Positions 57,171 through 64,000 of a DNA stretch of 64,000 bases are shown one piece after another (the stretch's first letter is position 1; each line of letters opens with the position of its first letter). The position numbers and the translations under genes are program-made. The notes under the pieces were generated by a model, which was not told the origin of the DNA, did not search any database, and worked only from the letters and a program-made list of their open reading frames with translations. The DNA comes from an uncultured virus (IMG/VR IMGVR_UViG_3300009703_000013) (taxonomy: Duplodnaviria; Heunggongvirae; Uroviricota; Caudoviricetes): the IMG/VR virus record IMGVR_UViG_3300009703_000013; one strand, given 5' to 3'.

Positions 57171-58454
57171 TTATATAGCTGCGTGTCCGTTTACAGTTTT
57201 CAAAGTCGAACCAGAAGAGTTTTTAATCAATAGAATACTATCTGGTGTTGCATGGAACTTACCAGTTGAACCTACGATTTTTGCTTTTTCTGTAGCCGCT
57301 TCTGAATTACCACATCTGAACGAAATCTTAGTTGCGTTATTAGATGCAGAGAAGTCACCTTCAGAGACACACTCAACAGCACCTGCAACTAAAATTGCAT
57401 CTGTGCCTGTGCCTTCATCGGGAGCTTGGAACTGTATAGAACCTAATACGTTGTTAGCTGCAACATCTGTATCACCTGTTTGCATTGTAAGAACAGCACC
57501 AACACCAGAGTTACCTGTAGTTGAAGTGTTTTTCATAGTGATACCTGTATCTGCTACGTGAGTTAAAGTTACATCTGAGTCTGCACCAAAAGATAATATA
57601 GCTGCGTCAGATATTAATCTTAAATCATCACCGATTGATGCGTCTGCAGCTACACCAAGTCCACCACCGACAGTTAATGCACCGTCTGTAGCATTTGTGT
57701 TTGCAGTTGTTGCTGTAATTGAAACAACACCACCAGAAGATATTCCGATTGCGTTTGTATCTGAAGCTGATCCGATTGTACCTGCATCAGGTATTACGAT
57801 TGCACCACTTGAACCGTTAAGTGTTAAAACACCAACTGAAGATAATGCCATAGTTTCAGCAGCTGCAGCTGAAGCCGCAGTTTGAAACGATAGTTTTGTT
57901 GCGTTGTTAGATGAACTAAAGTCACCTTCTGAAACAGCAGAGATACCACCTGCAACTAGAATTGCATCTGTACCTGTACCTTCATCTGGTGCTTGGAATT
58001 TAATATGTCCTAAAACGTTGCCTGATGCGATATCTGTATCACCAGTCTGTAGTGTAAGAACAGCACCAACACCAGAATTACCTGAAGTTGACTCGTTCTT
58101 GAAAATCAGACCTGTGTCTGCAACGTGAGTTAATGTTATGTCTTGATCGTTACCAAATTTGATAACTCCACCATCAGCCAAAAATAAGTCTGAGAATTCT
58201 GCAGCTGCAGAACCTATTGTAGCTCCATCGGCGCTTGATGGCACAATAGAAGTTGTTATTGCTGGAGAGGTTAAAGTTTTGTTTGTTAACGTGGCCGTGC
58301 TTGCAGCAGTCACCATCGCAAATCCGCCTGCTGTGCTTCCGTCATGTACTCGAAGAGTATCGACCGTTGTATCGTAGGTGATTTCACCTAAAGCGCCAGT
58401 AAATGCGTTATTCTGCGTTGTTGTACCACGTCTAAATTGAAGTACTGTAGGCAT
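57171..58454 (-). CDS. Tail-fibre-like protein with Mtd-type N-terminal anchor and internal duplication
   Basis: LQFRRGTT...FTGALGEITYDT....RVHDG.TAGG; two ~93-aa repeats. Confidence 0.75.
   Translation of the reverse strand: MPTVLQFRRGTTTQNNAFTGALGEITYDTTVDTLRVHDGSTAGGFAMVTAASTATLTNKTLTSPAITTSIVPSSADGATIGSAAAEFSDLFLADGGVIKFGNDQDITLTHVADTGLIFKNESTSGNSGVGAVLTLQTGDTDIASGNVLGHIKFQAPDEGTGTDAILVAGGISAVSEGDFSSSNNATKLSFQTAASAAAAETMALSSVGVLTLNGSSGAIVIPDAGTIGSASDTNAIGISSGGVVSITATTANTNATDGALTVGGGLGVAADASIGDDLRLISDAAILSFGADSDVTLTHVADTGITMKNTSTTGNSGVGAVLTMQTGDTDVAANNVLGSIQFQAPDEGTGTDAILVAGAVECVSEGDFSASNNATKISFRCGNSEAATEKAKIVGSTGKFHATPDSILLIKNSSGSTLKTVNGHAAI
57315..58160 (-). repeat. Internal direct repeat (~280 bp x2, approx. 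57315-57595 and 57880-58160)
   Basis: TLTHVADTG...GNSGVGAVLT.QTGDTD...FQAPDEGTGTDAILVAG...VSEGDFS.SNNATK.SF occurs twice. Confidence 0.85.
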
Positions 58455-58489
58455 TTGAATAAAGCTCCTTTATATTCTTTTATTTTTTG

Positions 58490-58497
58490 TATTTATA
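58490..58497 (-). promoter_or_regulatory. Late promoter TATAAATA
   Basis: Exact consensus upstream of the tail-fibre-like gene. Confidence 0.75.
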
Positions 58498-58513
58498 TTT
58501 AGTATTTATCATT

Positions 58514-59047
58514 TTATATACCACTAGCTTGTCCTAAATCTTGGGTATTTACTGTCCCTTTAGGCTCATTCATATCATATAAGTTGGAAGATAACGAAAA
58601 TCCAAAGGCATCTTGAAGAGAAGTGTCAAATGGAGTTTCACCCCCTGCCAAATCTGCGTCACCCTCCGAAGTCGGTAATTGTGTTAATGTTGAGTTAGAA
58701 AACCCTAAATCGGCAGTATAAGCAACGGTACCATCTGCATTTTTGAAAGTAATTGTTCTATCTGCTGTGGGCTCTGTAAAAACAACTGTTGTTTCAAAGT
58801 TATCAACATTCTGACCTTCTACTACAAATCTGTCATTTTCTAATTTAAATGTTGTAGGAGTAATAGAGTCAAGAGTAAAAGAACCCGTAACTGTTAAGTC
58901 ACCTACTGATATAGAAGTGGCTGCGACATTCGTTAAGTTTAAAGTACCTGCTTCAATCGCAGTTACATCGGTAACTAACTCATTGAACTGAACTCTTAAT
59001 TGTTCAATCGTACTATTGTTATCTATTTCTATCGCTCTAATTGCCAT
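58514..59047 (-). CDS. Virion structural protein
   Basis: TIEQLRVQFN N-terminus and PTADRTITF motif typical of fibre-associated proteins. Confidence 0.65.
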   Translation of the reverse strand: MAIRAIEIDNNSTIEQLRVQFNELVTDVTAIEAGTLNLTNVAATSISVGDLTVTGSFTLDSITPTTFKLENDRFVVEGQNVDNFETTVVFTEPTADRTITFKNADGTVAYTADLGFSNSTLTQLPTSEGDADLAGGETPFDTSLQDAFGFSLSSNLYDMNEPKGTVNTQDLGQASGI

Positions 59048-59273
59048 TTTTTTCTAACACCTTTTTTAACATATCTTTTATTTCGTGCATTTCACATTTT
59101 AAATTATTTATCTCTCTAGTCGCATGTCTTATTTCATCTCTTTGTTGAGATGCAGCTTTTGCTCTAGCAACTGCTTTTACATATGCAACTTTATTAGTAT
59201 TAATAATTGCACTTGAGTTTGTATCTCTTACTAATTCAGAGTATCCCTCAACTTTTAAATATCTTTCGCTCAT
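59037..59273 (-). CDS. Small conserved protein following the VrlC-like gene
   Basis: KVEG...LVRD..S.AIIN...coiled coil. Confidence 0.7.
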   Translation of the reverse strand: MSERYLKVEGYSELVRDTNSSAIINTNKVAYVKAVARAKAASQQRDEIRHATREINNLKCEMHEIKDMLKKVLEKNGN

Positions 59274-62200
59274 TATGTTGCCAATGCTATTGCTCTGAAA
59301 TCTTTAATTCTAATTGGTTCAGCAGCATTAGTTCCTTGTCCTACTATTTTGATTGCAAATTGTATAAACTCTGGTAAAGGTGTTCCTATACCATCATCTG
59401 TCACACCAGAAGTAAACACGTATTCTTGGAAGTCATCATCTTCAAGTGATGAACCTACCTCTGTATCTGTTGTACCAGTTGTGTTAAAGAAAGTATAACC
59501 TAGTTCATCAAAATCAGAAGCATCATCTGATCTTAAAACTTTAAATAAACATTTGATCGTAGCACTATTATGTTTGTGTGCTGAGAAAAATACTTTTAAA
59601 GCTGTTGCTGGTGATTCCAAAGCAACTTTTTTAGTAATGTATATAAATGCATTTTGGTCACCATCTGGTGCTTCGTTTGTTACATAATCAGTTGTAGGGA
59701 AAACTCCACTAGAACCTGTTATGTTATTTAATTTGTTTGCAACTAAAACAGCTGATAATCTATCTGTATCAATGACAGGTGATATATTAGCATTATTAGA
59801 ACCAAGTGTTAATGGTAAGAAAAATGATTTAGCACCAGCAAGTTCATTTGTTTCATTTATTTGAGATGCAACAATATTACACTCTGGTAATCTTTGGTTT
59901 TCATTTAAAGATATTGGTCTAGCGTTTGCTAGTGTTCTAGTATTAAATGATGTTTCTGTACCACTTGGTGATCTACCTGTAGTGTTTCTTAATTGAGCAG
60001 TTATACTTGTTTCTGGTAATTCTAAAGTAGCAAGTGATGTTTTAAGTAATTCGTATCTATAGTTTTCAGAAGCATAAACAGCTACTCCACCTATTTCAGC
60101 AGTTGTTGAACCACCACTAATACTTGGTGCAGTTGTTAAAGTTATTGTGTAATAATCTGTGCCAATATTTCCTATTGATGTATGCTCTTTGTTTATCTCT
60201 GTTAATGATACACCAAATATTTCATACAACTCAACTTTGTCTGAAGCAGTATGTGCTGATGCAGTTGAACCTCCAGCACCTCTTGTTAAAGATGATAGAG
60301 TTGTACCAGATAATGAACCTGTAATAATTTCGTTTCCTATTTTAACAGTTATGTTTCCACTACCAAAACCTGAGTTACTTGCAAGTGTAAGTGAAGTTGC
60401 ACTATCATTAATTGTAGCAGATAGTGTTGTCTCTATACCAGAAGACACACCAGTAATTACAACATTGTTAGATGTTTGATACATACCATGATCTTCATGT
60501 TTAATCTTTAATGTTGTAGAACCATTAGTCATGATTAAAGGATTTGATTTTAATCTGTTTACATATACAGTATTTCCAATTTCATTTGTTATCGCTTGAC
60601 CAATAGGATTATTTTGAAGTGTAACAGCACCTGCAGCTGTAGTATTGAATACAGCTTTTCTTAAAGTAAATTTAATATCTTCACTTTGAGATGCTGACCA
60701 TGTTCTATTGTTTTGTGATTTAAACATTACACCAAGATGTGGTTGTTTAGAAATAATTCTTAATCCACCAATATCTGTTTCACCCATTCTAGAAATCCAT
60801 ATCTTAGGTTCTAAAGAGTCTGAACGAACAACAAAACAATATTCTTGACCGTTCTTTAAATATACAGGTGCATCAAATTTAAATGTTGTTGCTGTTGCAG
60901 CTGTTGTTGATGTATTAATTTCAGAAGCTTGTAATAGTTTTCTACCAAATGGTAATATTTTTGGACCAGGATAACCATTGTCAACATTTCTAATTTCAAC
61001 CCAACAAGGTAAATCGTTATCTTTAGTTTGGAAGTATAAATCTAATTCTGTTATAAATGCTCCACCCTCTTCTTCAACCAAGAAAGTTTGAGCTAATGGG
61101 TCATTACCATTACCACCATCTTCAACATTTTGAACGTTTATAACTCTTGAACTTGTACTTAATCTACTCGTTGTTTCTGTTACACTATTTTGTACTACTC
61201 TAGCATTTCTAGTAGCGATAATAGTTTCTTGCTCTGTTTCTAAAATACCTTTTGCAATGTAAGTTGTGTTGGCTGCAGTTACAGGTAAAGGACTTTTAAT
61301 ATTTGTAGAACTAGAAGTAATTCTAAATTCTACTTCACCTGTTTTAAATTTAGGAACAGCAGTTTGACCTGCAAATCTATATTCAGGTATTCTCATAGTT
61401 CCCTCAACATTACCATTACCATCAGTTACTAATTGGACACCCTCTGCTACTGTAGAAACATTTGTGTAACTTTGTGATTGAGGTGTGATATAAGCTGCCA
61501 TTGCAGTTCCGTCAAAGAAAACATAAACTTTAGTGTTAGGTAAAAATGCTTGTCCTTTGAATGTTACATTTCTAGGTCTAACCCAAGGTATCAATGCTCT
61601 TGATATAACTCTTGTTCCTTGAGACTCTTCATCTATTTGTTCTACAACTTGAGTGTTAATACCTGATCTTTTTAAATTTGATCTTACTGTTTGAATTGCT
61701 CTAGTTATAACTTGATTACCTTGTTGTGTAGTTTGTACTCTTGATGCAATAGTACCAGACCATTGTGTTTCCCATGAGTTCCACACCGTACCTAATCTGT
61801 TTGAGTTTGCAGCTCTAACAGCATCAAAGTTTCCGTCAACGTTAATAATTAAATCTGGTGCTGTTTCTGTTTCAAACCAATCATCACTTTGTGGGTCAAG
61901 ATCAATGTTTCCTACCCATTGTGCTGTAATAACAGGTTGTACTTTTTCTGCTCTTGATGCATATGGGTTTTCAGATAATGTTTCACTTGAATAAGGAAGT
62001 GTAATTAATGGACCAGTTTTTTGATAACCTAATGCTGTTCTATTTGCATCTGTAGATACAGACTCAGTTAGTGTTGCATTTCTTAATATACACTTAGGTC
62101 TTAATTCTTTATTTTCCATATCCATTGCATTAGAGTAATCTTTATTTTTAACATCACCTACTCTATGACCTGCAAAGTTATCGACTACAAAACCTGATTT

Positions 62201-64000
62201 AAATCTGTTTAGACCATTTGCGTCTGTTACTTCAAAAGACTCTGCGTCTCTTTCAAGTAATGACAAGTTAGTGTAGTATTCTAAGTTTTGAATTCTTTTT
62301 TGTAGTTTACCAATATCTCTCATAGTAAACCTTTGAGTTTTAAATCTTTCGATTTCAACATCTGTAGGTCTAAATGTATAAGCAGGTATGAATAGTTTAG
62401 CTAGTTTCATAGCATTTTCTAATTCTTTAGGTTCAGTTGGAACTTCAGCTGAAGAACCTGTAACAACTTTAAAATCACCTTCTTGAGTTAAGAAAACTAA
62501 AGCTAATCTTGATAGATAAAATTCTAAATCTGCTGTTCCTAAAGTGTTTGGTTTTGGTGTATCTACTGTTGATGCACCTGTGCCATCAAATTGTCTATGA
62601 AAGAAATCAAACGAATTGCCTGTAATTGTATCTACGGAACCAATAGAATCTGTTGCACCAGCAATATTTTCACATGTTGGTCTAAAGTCAACAACATCTG
62701 TTAATGGAAACTCACCAGTCGGTTCTGGTTCATCTGGGTCAACTCTTGTTGCTGTATATGTTGGAATATTACCATATCCCATTTGACCAGCGACATCTGA
62801 ATATGAATCTACTGTAAAGAAAGAACCTGAAGAATGACTAAAGAAATCAAATACTACTGCTAGTCTTCCTCTAGGTTTTGATGCACCAGCTTTTAATTGT
62901 ATTCTAGAAATATCATAAAGGTTATCTCTTTGACCTGTATCTAGTAAATAATTTGAAGTAATAATTTTAGAACCAGCTGTTACACTTGAAACTATAGCAG
63001 TTGCACCAGAGGACGCACCTGTAATTGTTTCACTTGCCTCAAAGTTTGCAGCTCCCACACCGTCTTGTAAATAATATGTAATTGGTGATGTTGGATTAAT
63101 AACTCTTGCTACTGCACCAGAAGTTCCACCAGTAATTTTTTCTCCTCTAACAAAAGTACCATTGACTGTTGTTAAAGCGATTGTTGGTAATGATGCATCT
63201 GAACTTGTATCCTCAGAGTCAAACACAGCACCTAAAGTAAAAGCATCTGCTCGTCCTAGTGATATTGTATCATCTGTTGCTCTTGTTCCAAACGCACCTG
63301 TTGTTGCGCCAGCAACTTTAACAACTTTAGATAAGTTAGTTGTTTTTAATCTAGCAGAGATAGATGTTTTTAATAGTGTTGCAGTTAATTTAACTTTAGC
63401 ACCATTTCCAAAACTTGTATTATCTGATATTGTAATTGTAGCTGTACCTGTGCCAGAGATTGTTGACTCAGCATCTACAATATCTCCTTGAGATGCACTT
63501 CCACCAGAACCTGCTGTTAAAACCGATAATGTATAATCGATATCTGTATAAGATAAAAATGTTTCATTTGCACCAGCAGTAAATGATACAGCACCAGAAG
63601 AGTTTGTTGTTGCTATAAATTGTCTTCTAATTGTCATCTGCGTATCAGACGAACCATTGTTATCCTCTGTCAATAATGTTTTAATTGTAGGTTTAGGTAA
63701 TCTATATAATGCAATATTTTTTTCTGCTTGATTTAATTTACCAATCTTTTCAGATTCTAATGCAACTGTTGTTGAGTTATCTTCTTCAAGAACTATATTA
63801 TCATTTGCATCTGTAGATGAAGCATCCGTACCATCTAAAACTATTTGACCATCAACACCTGTTGTTGTTGATTCTAATACAGTATCAGCAGTAAAGTCTT
63901 GACCACTGTCTGGGTCATCCATAAAGAAACTTCTTGTTTCTGAAAATATGTGTGTAACAATATTTGATATTGTTAAATCTGCGTTAGATGAGTTTTCTAC
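59273..64000 (-). CDS. Large baseplate/VrlC-like (DUF4815-type) structural protein, 5' end outside the window
   Basis: Frame is open to position 64000; DFRP, MRDIGKL.KRI.NLEYYT.LSLLE, RFKSGFVVDNF, DPLAQTF, GVMFKSQN..TW, FRAIALA. Confidence 0.88.
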   Translation of the reverse strand, partial: VENSSNADLTISNIVTHIFSETRSFFMDDPDSGQDFTADTVLESTTTGVDGQIVLDGTDASSTDANDNIVLEEDNSTTVALESEKIGKLNQAEKNIALYRLPKPTIKTLLTEDNNGSSDTQMTIRRQFIATTNSSGAVSFTAGANETFLSYTDIDYTLSVLTAGSGGSASQGDIVDAESTISGTGTATITISDNTSFGNGAKVKLTATLLKTSISARLKTTNLSKVVKVAGATTGAFGTRATDDTISLGRADAFTLGAVFDSEDTSSDASLPTIALTTVNGTFVRGEKITGGTSGAVARVINPTSPITYYLQDGVGAANFEASETITGASSGATAIVSSVTAGSKIITSNYLLDTGQRDNLYDISRIQLKAGASKPRGRLAVVFDFFSHSSGSFFTVDSYSDVAGQMGYGNIPTYTATRVDPDEPEPTGEFPLTDVVDFRPTCENIAGATDSIGSVDTITGNSFDFFHRQFDGTGASTVDTPKPNTLGTADLEFYLSRLALVFLTQEGDFKVVTGSSAEVPTEPKELENAMKLAKLFIPAYTFRPTDVEIERFKTQRFTMRDIGKLQKRIQNLEYYTNLSLLERDAESFEVTDANGLNRFKSGFVVDNFAGHRVGDVKNKDYSNAMDMENKELRPKCILRNATLTESVSTDANRTALGYQKTGPLITLPYSSETLSENPYASRAEKVQPVITAQWVGNIDLDPQSDDWFETETAPDLIINVDGNFDAVRAANSNRLGTVWNSWETQWSGTIASRVQTTQQGNQVITRAIQTVRSNLKRSGINTQVVEQIDEESQGTRVISRALIPWVRPRNVTFKGQAFLPNTKVYVFFDGTAMAAYITPQSQSYTNVSTVAEGVQLVTDGNGNVEGTMRIPEYRFAGQTAVPKFKTGEVEFRITSSSTNIKSPLPVTAANTTYIAKGILETEQETIIATRNARVVQNSVTETTSRLSTSSRVINVQNVEDGGNGNDPLAQTFLVEEEGGAFITELDLYFQTKDNDLPCWVEIRNVDNGYPGPKILPFGRKLLQASEINTSTTAATATTFKFDAPVYLKNGQEYCFVVRSDSLEPKIWISRMGETDIGGLRIISKQPHLGVMFKSQNNRTWSASQSEDIKFTLRKAVFNTTAAGAVTLQNNPIGQAITNEIGNTVYVNRLKSNPLIMTNGSTTLKIKHEDHGMYQTSNNVVITGVSSGIETTLSATINDSATSLTLASNSGFGSGNITVKIGNEIITGSLSGTTLSSLTRGAGGSTASAHTASDKVELYEIFGVSLTEINKEHTSIGNIGTDYYTITLTTAPSISGGSTTAEIGGVAVYASENYRYELLKTSLATLELPETSITAQLRNTTGRSPSGTETSFNTRTLANARPISLNENQRLPECNIVASQINETNELAGAKSFFLPLTLGSNNANISPVIDTDRLSAVLVANKLNNITGSSGVFPTTDYVTNEAPDGDQNAFIYITKKVALESPATALKVFFSAHKHNSATIKCLFKVLRSDDASDFDELGYTFFNTTGTTDTEVGSSLEDDDFQEYVFTSGVTDDGIGTPLPEFIQFAIKIVGQGTNAAEPIRIKDFRAIALAT

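Noticed and set aside
57171..58454. Diversity-generating retroelement, suggested by the Mtd-like N-terminus and internal repeat
   Set aside because: No reverse transcriptase in the window; both repeat copies are in-frame coding, and their differences are not adenine-specific.
111..63491. Numerous plus-strand and short alternate-frame ORFs in the track (e.g. 111-419, 2290-2721, 40432-40878, 44600-46231, 57697-58377, 63162-63491)
   Set aside because: They are antisense or out-of-frame shadows of well-supported minus-strand genes, with no motifs or SDs.
1..64000. Stop-codon reassignment
   Set aside because: Core genes are full length in the standard code and end in TAA, TAG or TGA.

Overview
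AT-rich 64-kb segment of a T4-like myovirus, with almost all genes on the minus strand. Gene content (hsp20, cobS/cobT-like pair, peptide deformylase, gp23 followed directly by gp3, VrlC-like baseplate protein) resembles marine T4-like phages; an AT-rich marine host such as SAR11 is an inference only. In transcription order (right to left) it holds baseplate/tail-fibre genes, the gp13-gp23/gp3 neck-packaging-tail-head module, uvsY/uvsW/gp55/gp47/gp46, an accessory enzyme island, cobT/cobS/hsp20, the gp45-44-62-regA-gp43 replication module, uvsX/gp40/gp41, and a probable late operon of unknown proteins. The standout feature is a three-gene cassette translationally coupled to the DNA polymerase gene. 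It encodes an asparagine-synthetase-like ATP-pyrophosphatase, a C5-cytosine methyltransferase whose motif-X Asn is replaced by Arg, and a CmoA carboxy-SAM synthase. Together these predict a DNA 5-carboxymethylcytosine plus amide-ligation hypermodification system. Other notable items: (1) a dispersed amino/deoxy-sugar tailoring set (DesII-like radical SAM, mini-DegT, amidinotransferase, carbamoyltransferase, glycosyltransferases); (2) a hidden KxDG ligase-fold protein near a HIGH-family nucleotidyltransferase; (3) a ROSE-like RNA thermometer on hsp20; (4) a shared motif upstream of two early promoters. No tRNA, rRNA, CRISPR array, intron or intein was recognised. All product calls come from recalled motifs and synteny, not database searches.
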